A DNA stretch of 64,000 nucleotides from Dehalococcoidia bacterium (GTDB lineage: Bacteria; Chloroflexota; Dehalococcoidia; CAUJGQ01), in NCBI GenBank assembly GCA_050184225.1, contig JBFXAN010000006.1, positions 1,640-65,639 on the forward strand. The letters are read 5' to 3'. Position 1 is the stretch's first letter. Each line of letters starts with the position of its first letter. The notes below the pieces were generated by a model. It searched no databases and was not told where the DNA came from. It saw only the letters and a program-made list of their open reading frames with translations. Shown here piece after piece: positions 26,245-35,561 of the stretch. The position numbers and the translations under genes were made by a program.

Positions 26245-27723
26245 ATGCCCGAACGCAATGAAGACCTGATGGCCGTGCGCCTTGCCAAGCTCCAGCGCCT
26301 GCGCGAGCGCGGCATCGATCCCTATCCGGCCCACCTGGAACGCACGCACAGCGCGGCCGAGGCGGTCGCCGAGTTTGCCAAGTGCGAAGCGTCGGGCGCA
26401 GAGCCGCCGAACGTGACCGTCGCCGGGCGCATGACCGGACGACGGGGAATGGGCAAACTCGTCTTCCTCGACCTCCGCGACGGCACCGGCCGTGTCCAAG
26501 TCTCGGTTGGGCGGGACGTGGTCGGCGACGACCAATTCACCCTGCTCGACGACCTCGACCTGGGGGACTTTCTCGGCGTGAACGGCGAGATGTTCCACAC
26601 CCGCACCGGCGAGCCAACGGTCCGCGCCCGGTCGCTCACCGTGCTGAGCAAGTCGATCCTGCCGCCGCCGGAGAAATGGCACGGCCTCCAGGATGTCGAG
26701 ATCCGCTATCGGCAGCGTCATCTCGACCTGATGGCAAATGAAGAGGTCCGCCGCCTCTTCCGGCTCCGCAGCGAAGTGATCAGCTATATCCGCCGGTTTT
26801 ACGACGGTCGCGGCTTCATCGAAGTCGAAACGCCGGTCCTGCTCGCCGAGGCGGGCGGCGCGGCGGCGCGGCCGTTTGTCACACACCACAATGCGCTCGA
26901 CGAGGATCGCTTCCTTCGCATCGCCACGGAGCTGCATCTGAAACGGCTGATCATCGGCGGATTCGACAAGGTCTATGAGGTCGGCCGCATCTTTCGCAAC
27001 GAGGGGACCGGCTACAAGTGGAACCCCGAGTTCACCATGCTCGAGTCCTATCAGGCCTACGCCGACTACTTCGACGTGGCGGAAATGGTCGAGCAACTAG
27101 TGTCCGGCATCTGCCTCGACGTGCTCGGCTCGCTCCGCCTCCCGTACAAGGATGGCGAGATCGACTTCTCGCCACCCTGGAATCGAGCCTCGATGCACGA
27201 CCTCCTCGTCGAGCACGCCGGCTTCGACTGGAACAAGTTCCGCGACCTCGATGCGCTCCGGGAAGAGGTCGCCCGCCGCGGCATCGCCGCCCCTCCCACA
27301 AGCGGCTGGGGCAAGCTGATCGACGAGGTCTGGTCCGCCCAGGTCGAACCGAAGCTGATCCAACCAACGTTCGTGCTGGACTACCCCGTCGAGCTCTCGC
27401 CGTTGGCGAAGCGAAAAGAGGAGGCACCCGATCTGGTTGAGCGGTTCGAGGCGTTTGCCGGCGGCTTCGAAATGGCCAACGCCTACTCCGAGTTGAACGA
27501 CCCGCTGGACCAGCGCCGCCGCTTCGAAGAACAGGTGCGCCTCCTGCGGGCCGGCGACGACGAAGCAGAGATGATCGACGACGACTTCCTCTTCGCCCTC
27601 GAACACGGTATGCCCCCCACCGGCGGCCTCGGCATGGGCATCGACCGCCTCCTCATGGTCCTCTTCAACCAACCCACGATCCGCGAGGTCATCCTCTTTC
27701 CCCAACTCCGCCGCGAGACGTGA
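26245..27723 (+). CDS. lysS: Lysyl-tRNA synthetase, class II
   Basis: OB-fold N-domain (VAGRMTGRRGMGKLVFLDLRDGTGRVQV). Class II motifs FRNEG..NPEFTMLE and GGLGMGIDRLLMVL. Confidence 0.95.
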   Translation: MPERNEDLMAVRLAKLQRLRERGIDPYPAHLERTHSAAEAVAEFAKCEASGAEPPNVTVAGRMTGRRGMGKLVFLDLRDGTGRVQVSVGRDVVGDDQFTLLDDLDLGDFLGVNGEMFHTRTGEPTVRARSLTVLSKSILPPPEKWHGLQDVEIRYRQRHLDLMANEEVRRLFRLRSEVISYIRRFYDGRGFIEVETPVLLAEAGGAAARPFVTHHNALDEDRFLRIATELHLKRLIIGGFDKVYEVGRIFRNEGTGYKWNPEFTMLESYQAYADYFDVAEMVEQLVSGICLDVLGSLRLPYKDGEIDFSPPWNRASMHDLLVEHAGFDWNKFRDLDALREEVARRGIAAPPTSGWGKLIDEVWSAQVEPKLIQPTFVLDYPVELSPLAKRKEEAPDLVERFEAFAGGFEMANAYSELNDPLDQRRRFEEQVRLLRAGDDEAEMIDDDFLFALEHGMPPTGGLGMGIDRLLMVLFNQPTIREVILFPQLRRET

Positions 27724-27734
27724 GGGCGATTTTG

Positions 27735-27812
27735 AACCACAGAGACGCAGAGGCGTAGAGGTTTTCATGAGTTCGCCAAAACAAACCTCTGCGCCTCTGC
27801 GTCTCTGTGGTT
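27735..27812. repeat. Long perfect-ish hairpin (30-nt arms, 18-nt loop) after lysS; REP-like element / possible terminator
   Basis: AACCACAGAGACGCAGAGGCGTAGAGGTTT ... AAACCTCTGCGCCTCTGCGTCTCTGTGGTT, with 1 mismatch. There is no clear T-tract. Confidence 0.7.
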
Positions 27813-27833
27813 TAACTCCGATGATGTGTATCG

Positions 27834-28364
27834 ATGAGTGAAGTTGATGTCCTTCGGCACCTCACCGTGACCGGTTTCCTCGTTTACGAGGGGCGGGTGT
27901 TGTTTCACTGGCATCGGCGCAATCAGATGTGGCTGCCGATGGGAGGCCATATCGAGCCGAATGAGGATCCGGTCGAGGCCGTGCTGCGGGAGGTCGAAGA
28001 GGAGTCCGGGGTTGCTGCCGTCGTCATGCCGACCACTGTGCCATTGCCGTTCTCGAATATTCCGCAGCGGCCACCACCCGCCACGATCATCCTCGCGCCG
28101 GTGCGCGCCTGCAGCGTTGCCCGCGCCCTCGACTGGACCGGCCGGATCGAACACATCGACCTGGTCTATTACTGCCGTCCCACCGCCGGCCTTGCCGATC
28201 TCCGCACCGACGACCCGACGATGCGATGGCTCGACGCCGCCGCAATCGGCGCCAATGCTCCGGTCGCCCCCGATTCGGAGACGATACCGGCTCCACTCGC
28301 CGACGACGTGCGCGTTCTCGCCCTGAACGCCCTTCGAGCAGCGAAGGACGTCATGTCAGACTAA
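27834..28364 (+). CDS. NUDIX hydrolase
   Basis: Nudix box GGHIEPNEDPVEAVLREVEEESGV. Confidence 0.85.
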   Translation: MSEVDVLRHLTVTGFLVYEGRVLFHWHRRNQMWLPMGGHIEPNEDPVEAVLREVEEESGVAAVVMPTTVPLPFSNIPQRPPPATIILAPVRACSVARALDWTGRIEHIDLVYYCRPTAGLADLRTDDPTMRWLDAAAIGANAPVAPDSETIPAPLADDVRVLALNALRAAKDVMSD

Positions 28365-28401
28365 GCGACTATACTGAGGTCGCGAGCGAGCTTGATCGAT
28401 C

Positions 28402-28983
28402 ATGTGGGGCGCCACGATGACCACTGTAACAACATCGAAACCGGTCACCGCCGACGAATGGTTGCGCACGCCCGATCCACCGAGCGGCGGGCGCTACGAA
28501 TTGGTTCGCGGGAGATTGATTGAAGTGAGCCCATCATCGACGCGATCGAACGAAGTGGCGATAGAAGTAGCACGCAGGCTCGGCAATCACATTCGGGAGC
28601 ACAAACTGGGTCGGTTCGGTGGCTCAGAAGGCGGCTTTCTCCTCGCCTCAAATCCAGATACCGTGCGCGCCCCAGATGTCTGGTTTGTCCGCGCTGAACG
28701 TGTCGCCTCTGGCCGGATGCCGGACACGTTCTTTGCCGGCGCCCCCGATCTCGTCGTCGAGGTGCTCTCACCATCGGATCGGACCGGTGACATCTGGCAG
28801 CGCGTCGGCCAGTATCTCGATGCCGGCGCCCAGTTGGTTTGGGTGATTGATCCGCACACTGAAGCGGCAGCGGCATTTCCTGCGGACGGGTTTCCGATCA
28901 TCATCGGTCCAGATGGCGCGCTCGACGGCGGCGATGTCGTGCCGGGATTCGTCTTGCCGCTGCGCGACCTGTTCGACGCGTAA
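28402..28983 (+). CDS. Uma2 family (DUF820) restriction-endonuclease-fold protein
   Basis: YELVRGRLIEVSP and PDLVVEVLSPSD..Y..GAQLVWVIDP are typical of Uma2. The start may be 28417. Confidence 0.8.
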   Translation: MWGATMTTVTTSKPVTADEWLRTPDPPSGGRYELVRGRLIEVSPSSTRSNEVAIEVARRLGNHIREHKLGRFGGSEGGFLLASNPDTVRAPDVWFVRAERVASGRMPDTFFAGAPDLVVEVLSPSDRTGDIWQRVGQYLDAGAQLVWVIDPHTEAAAAFPADGFPIIIGPDGALDGGDVVPGFVLPLRDLFDA

Positions 28984-29010
28984 CACGCGCAACGGGCCGC
29001 GGATGCCGGT

Positions 29011-29202
29011 TCACTCCCGACGCACCGTGATCACGGCGTTGTGCTCGTCGTAGGTGACACCGGCAACAACGATCTGCACCTTGCCCTCGACATCGATTGT
29101 GATCTCATCCGGCTCGATTGGTTCCCCGTTCCAGATTACGCGCGCGGCGTCACCTTCAAGGGCCGGCAGGAGAACCTCAACGTCCGGCAGGCGCTCAACC
29201 AT
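29011..29202 (-). CDS. Small hypothetical protein (63 aa)
   Basis: MVERLPDVEVLLPALEGDAARVIWNGEPIEPDEITIDVEGKVQIVVAGVTYDEHNAVITVRRE. It has GC3 bias. The track ORF extension to 29307 is repeat-derived. Confidence 0.45.
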   Translation of the reverse strand: MVERLPDVEVLLPALEGDAARVIWNGEPIEPDEITIDVEGKVQIVVAGVTYDEHNAVITVRRE

Positions 29203-29206
29203 CCAA

Positions 29207-29361
29207 CCTAACCCCCCGGCCCCCTTCCCTCGCAGGGAAGGGGGAGTCCTGGTCTGCCATGGTGGAACAAGTCTCGTTGGTGCTTCCAGACGAAATACTG
29301 GCACCATCGGTTGCAGCGTACTCCCCCTTCCCTGCGAGGGAAGGGGGCCGGGGGGTTAGGT
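29207..29361. repeat. Family A palindromic element copy 4
   Basis: Both termini are intact (CCTAACCCCCCGGCCCCCTTCCCTCGCAGGGAAGGGGGAG / CCCCCTTCCCTGCGAGGGAAGGGGGCCGGGGGGTTAGGT). The core contains ATACTGGCACCATCGGTTG. Confidence 0.9.
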
Positions 29362-29418
29362 ATAGACTCCCACCGAGCTATAATCCGGTTCGGCCACGCT
29401 CATCTGAAAGGAGCCAAC

Positions 29419-30513
29419 ATGAAGGCGGCGGTTCTGGAGAAAGTCAACGAGCCACTGGCAATCGAGGAGATCGAGATCCGTAAGCCCCAGCACGGCGAAG
29501 TGCTCGTCCGCACCGTCGCCAGTGGGGTCTGCCACAGCGACCTGCACTTCATGGAAGGGCTCTGGCCGACGCCGGTGCCGGTCGTCCTCGGCCATGAATC
29601 CGCTGGCGTTGTCGAAGAGGTCGGCGACGGCGTCACCTATGTGAAGAAGGGCGATCACGTCGTCCTCTCGTTCGCACCATTCTGTGGCATCTGCCGCGAC
29701 TGCGTCGAAGGACGGCCGCAACTCTGCACCAACCCGGCCGCTCGCTTTCCCGCCGGTCGAGATGCGCCGCCGCGATTGACCAAAGACGCCACACCGGTCA
29801 ACCAGTTCGCGAACATGGGCGCATTCGCCGAGTACATGCTCGTGCCGGAAAACGGCGTCGTGAAGGCGCCGGAGGGAATGCCGCTGGACAAGGCGGCGCT
29901 GGTCGGCTGCTCGGTGATGACCGGCATCGGCGCCGTCCTCAACACCGCACGGGTTGAACCAGGTTCCACGGTCGCGGTGATCGGCACCGGCGGCGTTGGC
30001 CTCAACGTGATCCAGGGCGCCGTTCTGGCCGGCGCCTCGCGGATTATTGCCGTCGACGTCCTCGACAACAAGCTGGCCTACGCCAAAGAGATGGGCGCAA
30101 CCGATACGGTCAACGCCAGCGGCAACGACCCCGTCCAGGCCGTTCAGGAACTCGTGCGCGACGGTGTTGACTACGCCTTCGAGGCGATCGGCAATCCTAC
30201 CGCTGGATCACAGGCGTTCGACATGGTCCGCCGCGGCGGTACCGCCGTGATCGTCGGCATGATGCCGTTTGGCTCCAAGATGGAACTGAACGCCGCCGCC
30301 TTCCTCGGCGAGAAGGCCGTCAAGGGTAGCTTCTACGGCTCCACCCGCTTCCGTGTGGATATGCCCCGCCTGATCGACTTCTACCTGCGCGGCAAGATCA
30401 AGCTCGACGAGCTCGTCTCCCGCCACTACACGCTCGACCAGATCAACGACGGCTTCGACGCGATGCGCAAAGGCGAAGTCGCCCGCAGCGTGCTCGACAT
30501 CGGCACGATATAA
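29419..30513 (+). CDS. Zinc-dependent alcohol dehydrogenase (class III/MDR family)
   Basis: GVCHSDLH, GHESAGVVEEVG, the structural-zinc Cys cluster CGICRDCVEGRPQLC, and VIGTGGVGLNVIQ. RBS AAAGGAG lies before ATG 29419. Confidence 0.9.
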   Translation: MKAAVLEKVNEPLAIEEIEIRKPQHGEVLVRTVASGVCHSDLHFMEGLWPTPVPVVLGHESAGVVEEVGDGVTYVKKGDHVVLSFAPFCGICRDCVEGRPQLCTNPAARFPAGRDAPPRLTKDATPVNQFANMGAFAEYMLVPENGVVKAPEGMPLDKAALVGCSVMTGIGAVLNTARVEPGSTVAVIGTGGVGLNVIQGAVLAGASRIIAVDVLDNKLAYAKEMGATDTVNASGNDPVQAVQELVRDGVDYAFEAIGNPTAGSQAFDMVRRGGTAVIVGMMPFGSKMELNAAAFLGEKAVKGSFYGSTRFRVDMPRLIDFYLRGKIKLDELVSRHYTLDQINDGFDAMRKGEVARSVLDIGTI

Positions 30514-30517
30514 CGAA

Positions 30518-30691
30518 GCCGGCCCTCACCCCCGACCCCTCTCCCGCCGAGCGGGAGAGGGGAGCCTGATCGGTGCGGTGCTTCCAGTATCGACACCGGC
30601 TCTACCAGACGAAGGCATGGGCTGGTAGGAACGATCTGCTGAGGCTCCCCTCTCCCGCTCCGGCGGGAGAGGGGCCGGGGGTGAGGGCCGG
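30518..30691. repeat. Palindromic G/C-rich element, family C copy 1
   Basis: GCCCTCACCCCCGACCCCTCTCCCGCCGAGCGGGAGAGGGGAGCC ... GGCTCCCCTCTCCCGCTCCGGCGGGAGAGGGGCCGGGGGTGAGGGC. It fills the spacer between convergent stop codons. Confidence 0.9.
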
Positions 30692-31483
30692 CTACACCAC
30701 ACTCGATGTCCCCCCATCGACATTGATCGCAACCCCGGTGATATACCCGGCCCGCTCCGACAGCAGAAACGCGATCAACGCGGCCACTTCGCTCGCTTCG
30801 CCGACACGCCCGAGAGGTATCGCGGCGCCCATTCGCTCGTAGGCATCGTCCAGGGGTAGATCGGGGTGCCGTCGCACAGCAGCGCGGGCGATCTGCGCGC
30901 TCTTGATCAAGCCGATGCAGACGGTATTGACGAGGATGTTGTCCTTCGCCAGTTCCTTCGACATCGCTTTCGTCAGCGCGATGCCGGCCGCGCGGCTGAC
31001 CGAGGTCGGCAATGAGTTGGCGCCCGGCTGCTTCGCACCGATGTTCGTGATGTTGATGATCCGGCCGCCACCCGCCTCGCGCATCCCCGGCACGACGAGA
31101 CGCGACAACCGCACCGCCGCCATCAGCTTCAGGTCGAGGTCGGAATACCACGCCTCGTCCTGGACCGACTCAAACCCGCCGGCCGCAGACGTCCCCGCGT
31201 TATTCACCAGCAGCGTGATCGGTCCCAGTTCCGCGGATACACGCTCCACACACGCCGCAATGTCGTCGGCGCGGCTCACATCGGCCGGAACGGCGAGCAC
31301 AGCGGCGCCGGTCGACGCGCGAATCTCCTCGACCGTCTGCGTCAATACGTCAGGTCTCCGCGCGCAGATCGCGACGCGCGCCCCTTCCCGCGCCAACTCC
31401 TCAGCCGTGGCGCGACCGATCCCCTCACTCCCACCCGTGATGAGAGCGACTCGTCCCGCGAGTCCAAGATCCATCCACGCCAC
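30692..31483 (-). CDS. Short-chain dehydrogenase/reductase (FabG-like)
   Basis: ALITGGSEGIGRATA (TGxxxGxG), NNAG, and a Y/K active-site region. Confidence 0.85.
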   Translation of the reverse strand: MAWMDLGLAGRVALITGGSEGIGRATAEELAREGARVAICARRPDVLTQTVEEIRASTGAAVLAVPADVSRADDIAACVERVSAELGPITLLVNNAGTSAAGGFESVQDEAWYSDLDLKLMAAVRLSRLVVPGMREAGGGRIINITNIGAKQPGANSLPTSVSRAAGIALTKAMSKELAKDNILVNTVCIGLIKSAQIARAAVRRHPDLPLDDAYERMGAAIPLGRVGEASEVAALIAFLLSERAGYITGVAINVDGGTSSVV

Positions 31484-31664
31484 CCCTCGCTGCAGACTGT
31501 GGCTACCCTACGGACCTCGCCAGCCATGGTCAAGGGAATCGCGGTCCGTCCAACGGCAGCACCGCATGACGAACGCACTTTGTGCAGAGGATACGGTTTC
31601 GGTGCTTTCGATTGCGTATCATTGGCAGAATGGTGCACTGACCTCACTCCCGCAGGAGCTCCGA

Positions 31665-33320
31665 ATGACCAGCCTCGCCGAACCGACGCCGATCGCGACA
31701 CCCGAGGATTTCCCCGTCGATTGGGATGACCCATCCGACGCCGCGCTGCATTGGACCTGGGACCAGATGCATACCCCGCGCCCGATCTGCCCGCTGGGGC
31801 GTGACCTGATGCCGTTCGCTTTTGCTACGGGCATGACGGCGGGGTTCCGCGAAAGCGGCGCACCGATCAAGGAACGGCGCCTGCGGTTTGTGAACACATT
31901 CCTCTACGCGGCCATGATCCCGGACCTTGCGTTGCTGCCGGATACACCCGCCCGCATGCAGTCGATCGTGGCCGAGCGCGGCCCCGACATGTACCAGCGA
32001 TGGCTCGATGTCTATCTGCCCGAGGTCCAGGCCACCAACGAGCGGCTCCGTTCGTACGCCTACACCGCCGCGGGCGACACCGAGCTGCGCGCGTTCATTG
32101 ACGAAACGCTACCGGCGCTGGCGCGCATGTGGGAGATCCATTTCCTGTTGATGCCGGGCTTCATGATCTCGGCCGGGTTCAAGAACTTCTGCGCGCACCG
32201 GCTGGGCCTGACCGCGCTGGAAGCATTCGAGATGATGCAGGGGGCGCCCAACATGTCGGTCGAGTCCGGCAGCACCCTCTGGCGGCTCGCGCACGGTGCG
32301 CCGGCCAGCGTCCAGGACATGATCGCCACGCAGAGCGCCGATGATGCTCTCGCGTACCTACGAGAGACAGCCGAGGGACGCGCCTTCCTCGCGGCGCTGG
32401 CCGAATATCTCGCGGTCTATGGCTGGCGCAAAGGGCACTTCGACGTGATCGGACCGGCCTGGGCCGAGGCGCCGGCGCTGGCGCTCGATCAGGTGCGGCT
32501 GTTGCTGCGCGCCCCGACCGACCCGGCCGAGGACCAGCAGCGCGGCGCAGAGCGGGCCGAGCAGGCGGCGGCGGCCTGCCGGCAGCGGCTCGCCGACGAC
32601 CCGGCGGCGCTGGCCGAGTTCGATGCGCTCTATCAGATAGTCAAGCGCTATCCACAGCTCCAGGAGAACCACAACTTCTACATCGACCAGACCTTCATGG
32701 CGTTGCTGCGCCTGCCGTTCCTCGAGGCGGGGCGGCGGATGGCGGCGCGGGGACAGATCGACGACGCCGAGGAGTACGCCTACCTGCGCCTCGACGAGAT
32801 CCGCGACGCGCTGGGCGGCGATACCACACCGCATCACGACGCCGTCGCCGAGCGGCGGACGGAGATGGAACGCTGGCAGTCATATCTGCCGCCCCAGGCG
32901 ATCGGCACGCCGCCGCCGGCCGGGGCCGCCTCGGACTTCGAGTCCGACTTCTTCGGCGCGCCGGTGGAACCATCCCGCGACCCACGGGTGGTCCAGGGGC
33001 TGCCCGGCTCGCGCGGGGTGGCGACCGGCGTCGCGCGCGTCGTGCGCACGCTCACCGAGGCCGACCAGATCGAGGAGGGCGACATTCTCGTCTGCGAGAT
33101 GACGACACCAGCCTGGACACCCCTGTTCGCTGGTCTGGCCGGTATCGTCGCCGATTCCGGCGGCCCGCTCTCCCACTGCGCGATCGTTGCCCGCGAGTTC
33201 GACATTCCTGCCGTAGTGGGCACGCGGCTCGGTACGCGCCTGATTCCCGACGGCGCCCGGATCACGATCGACGGTGGCCAGGGGGTCGTTCGCATCGAAT
33301 CTTACCCCACCTCGCCGTGA
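31665..33320 (+). CDS. PEP-utilising-enzyme mobile-domain protein (phosphotransferase of PEP synthase / rifampicin phosphotransferase type, no ATP-grasp seen)
   Basis: C-terminal GSRGVATGVARVV..GDILVCEMTTPAWTPLFAGLAGIVADSGGPLSHCAIVAREFDIPAVVG (swivelling His domain). The start is uncertain (31566 or 31665). The track ORF from 30903 overlaps the SDR gene antisense. Confidence 0.7.
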   Translation: MTSLAEPTPIATPEDFPVDWDDPSDAALHWTWDQMHTPRPICPLGRDLMPFAFATGMTAGFRESGAPIKERRLRFVNTFLYAAMIPDLALLPDTPARMQSIVAERGPDMYQRWLDVYLPEVQATNERLRSYAYTAAGDTELRAFIDETLPALARMWEIHFLLMPGFMISAGFKNFCAHRLGLTALEAFEMMQGAPNMSVESGSTLWRLAHGAPASVQDMIATQSADDALAYLRETAEGRAFLAALAEYLAVYGWRKGHFDVIGPAWAEAPALALDQVRLLLRAPTDPAEDQQRGAERAEQAAAACRQRLADDPAALAEFDALYQIVKRYPQLQENHNFYIDQTFMALLRLPFLEAGRRMAARGQIDDAEEYAYLRLDEIRDALGGDTTPHHDAVAERRTEMERWQSYLPPQAIGTPPPAGAASDFESDFFGAPVEPSRDPRVVQGLPGSRGVATGVARVVRTLTEADQIEEGDILVCEMTTPAWTPLFAGLAGIVADSGGPLSHCAIVAREFDIPAVVGTRLGTRLIPDGARITIDGGQGVVRIESYPTSP

Positions 33321-33333
33321 GGAGACCCGAATG

Positions 33334-33408
33334 TGTCATCCTGAGCGACAGCGAAGGATCTCGGAGGTTACGTACGTCCGAGATCCTTCGCTGTCGCTCA
33401 GGATGACA
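33334..33408. repeat. Family D palindrome (TGTCATCCTGAGCG..GAAGGATCTCGG core), copy 1
   Basis: TGTCATCCTGAGCGACAGCGAAGGATCTCGGA-loop-TCCGAGATCCTTCGCTGTCGCTCAGGATGACA. The flanks (about 33310..33440) are also similar to copy 2. Confidence 0.9.
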
Positions 33409-33476
33409 CAACCCGATCCACTCACGGAGCGTTGGCATGAGGTGGTGACACGGGCGCGAAGTATCCGGCCGCGACC

Positions 33477-34907
33477 TCATTCGTCCGGCGCCGGAAAGCG
33501 ATGAATGCCGGCGGCCGCGACGACGGCGACGACGGCGAGGACGAGCAGCACGGCGAAGATCAGGCGAAACACGCCGATACCCGGCGCGGTGTCGCCGCTG
33601 CTGAGCACGGCGCCGAGTATGCCCGCGCCGACGATGCTGCCCAGGTAGCGCATCATCGAATTGGTCCCGGACGCGGTCGCGGCCAGGCCGGCGGGCGCCG
33701 TTTCGATCGCGGCGGTGCTCGCCGGTCCGGTGCTCAGCCCCATGCCCAGGCCGAGCACCGCCAGGGACGCGGCCAGGTAGCCGTAGCCGGCATCGGCACG
33801 CAGACCGGCCAGCAGCAGGACGACCCCTCCGGCGACGAAGCAACTCCCGACCAGCGCGGGCAAGCGACGGCCCCACGCATCGGAGAGCCGGCCCGCGCCC
33901 GGGGCGAGCACCGCCATCAGCACCGAGAGCGACGCGAGCAGCAGGCCGGCAGCGGTGGCGCCGCGCCCCTGCACCTCCTTCAGGAAGAAGGGGATCGTCA
34001 GCAAAGTCGTGTACATGACGAGGTTGCTGAGGAGGATGTACACGGTGGAGGCCGCGAACGAGCGACGACGAAAGAGCCGCCAATCGGTGAGCGGCAACGG
34101 GCCGGTGCGCTGGCGTCGCACAAACAGCCAGGTACACCCGACCAACCCGACGATACCGGCGGCAACGGCGACGGGGTTGACGCCGCCGCGCAGCGCGTTG
34201 AGTAGCAATGTCGTCAGCGTCAGCAGCGCCGCGAAGGCGACGGCCCCGAGCCAATCGGCGACGAACCGCTCGCGCGGCCGCCCATCCCGGAAGCCGAGCC
34301 ACGCCTGGCAGAGGAGGGCGACGGCGACAAGCGGGACGTTGATAAGGAAGAGCAGCCGCCAGGAGCCGAGGCCGACGAGCGCGGCGCCGACCACCGGCCC
34401 CGCCGCGGCAGAGGCGGAGAGGACGGAGCCGTTGATGCCAATCGTGCGGCCCAACTCGGCGACCGGCACAGACGCGCGCAGCATCGCCATCCCGTTCGGG
34501 ATCACGGCGGCGCCGGTGAGCGCCTGTCCCGCACGAAAGAGAACGAGGACAGGGAACGAGGGCGCGAAGGCCGCGCCGATCGAGAAGCCGAGGAAGGCGA
34601 GCAATCCGGCACGAAAGACGCGTGCCCGGCCGAGTTGATCGCCGATCCGGCCGCCGAGCGGCTGGGCGACCGCCATCGCGATCAAATACGCCGAGACCAG
34701 CCAGGTGACGCGGCCGGCGCTGACGGCGAACGCCTCTCCGATCTCGGGGAGCGCCACGGCGAGCATCGTCGAGTTGAGCGGCGCCAGCACGCCCCCCAGC
34801 GAGACGGTGAGCAGCAACAGCGCGCGGTTCGGCGCGACGCCGTCCTGTGGTCGAGCGGACGTTGCAACCGTGGATGTGTCCGCCCGCTGGTCCGATGGCA
34901 TCCGCAT
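33477..34907 (-). CDS. MFS transporter, DHA2 (14-TMS drug:H+ antiporter-like)
   Basis: 476 aa with ~14 hydrophobic segments and the GGRIGDQLGRARVF motif A. Confidence 0.85.
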   Translation of the reverse strand: MRMPSDQRADTSTVATSARPQDGVAPNRALLLLTVSLGGVLAPLNSTMLAVALPEIGEAFAVSAGRVTWLVSAYLIAMAVAQPLGGRIGDQLGRARVFRAGLLAFLGFSIGAAFAPSFPVLVLFRAGQALTGAAVIPNGMAMLRASVPVAELGRTIGINGSVLSASAAAGPVVGAALVGLGSWRLLFLINVPLVAVALLCQAWLGFRDGRPRERFVADWLGAVAFAALLTLTTLLLNALRGGVNPVAVAAGIVGLVGCTWLFVRRQRTGPLPLTDWRLFRRRSFAASTVYILLSNLVMYTTLLTIPFFLKEVQGRGATAAGLLLASLSVLMAVLAPGAGRLSDAWGRRLPALVGSCFVAGGVVLLLAGLRADAGYGYLAASLAVLGLGMGLSTGPASTAAIETAPAGLAATASGTNSMMRYLGSIVGAGILGAVLSSGDTAPGIGVFRLIFAVLLVLAVVAVVAAAGIHRFPAPDE

Positions 34908-35120
34908 GGCGCCCCCACAACCGCATGCCGCGCCGGTGATGCGCCTGATTGTACTGGTAGGTGCGATGGAGGCGATGGGGAAGGATCACCAGGCGATGCC
35001 TGCGACACTTGTCGCGGCGTGTATCTGACGCATCAGACAGCAATGACGGGTTGTGATGCGCTATCCTCGGCGGGGCATGATCTGCGGCAGAGGCATCGAC
35101 TACTGGGACCGGAACAGCCG

Positions 35121-35424
35121 ATGGCAGAGCATCCGCGCAACACGACCGATCGGCATTGGCACACCGGCGACACGGCCGTGCTCCGCTACATCACCACCCG
35201 TGACGCGCTCGTCGGCGCGACATGGCCCTGCCGCGTCGTCACCGATCGCGACGACCTGCTGGCGTTGTACATCGCGACAGCCCCCCTTCTCCGGCGAATG
35301 GGTGCGATGGACACCCGACCCGGCCTGGACAGTCCCGCAACTCCCTCCGGCCTGGGACACCGAACCGGTGTCACTCTGGGAAGGCCGGCGCTGGGCATAC
35401 CCATCTGCCGCGCATAGGGGCTGA
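35121..35424 (+). pseudogene. Possible decayed gene fragment (DUF402-like N-terminus), frameshift at a C6 run
   Basis: MAEHPRNTTDRHWHTGDTAVLRYITTRDALVGATWPCRVVTDRDDLLALYIA in one frame. After CCCCCC (35281..35286), the protein-like GEWVRWTPDPAWTVPQLPPAWDTEPVSLWEGRRW continues in another frame. Confidence 0.3.
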
Positions 35425-35561
35425 CCGCGGGCAGCCCAATCGTAAATCGCAGAAGACCGGCTCCCCTAAAGAGACTCCACGCACTCGCGAATCCGTCGTT
35501 GGATGCGCCGAGGGTGCGGCCGTTCCCCTGCGAGAGATGATCGTTGTGCCCCACGATGCGC

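Noticed and set aside
29311-29418. N-terminal extensions of track ORFs encoded by repeats. Examples: 29311..30513 starting MQRTPPSLRGKGAGGLG, 21529..22173, 29011..29307, 12483..13142.
   Set aside because: The extensions are simply translations of the palindromic elements. Good internal starts with an RBS (for example AAAGGAG before ATG 29419) give proteins with normal N-termini.
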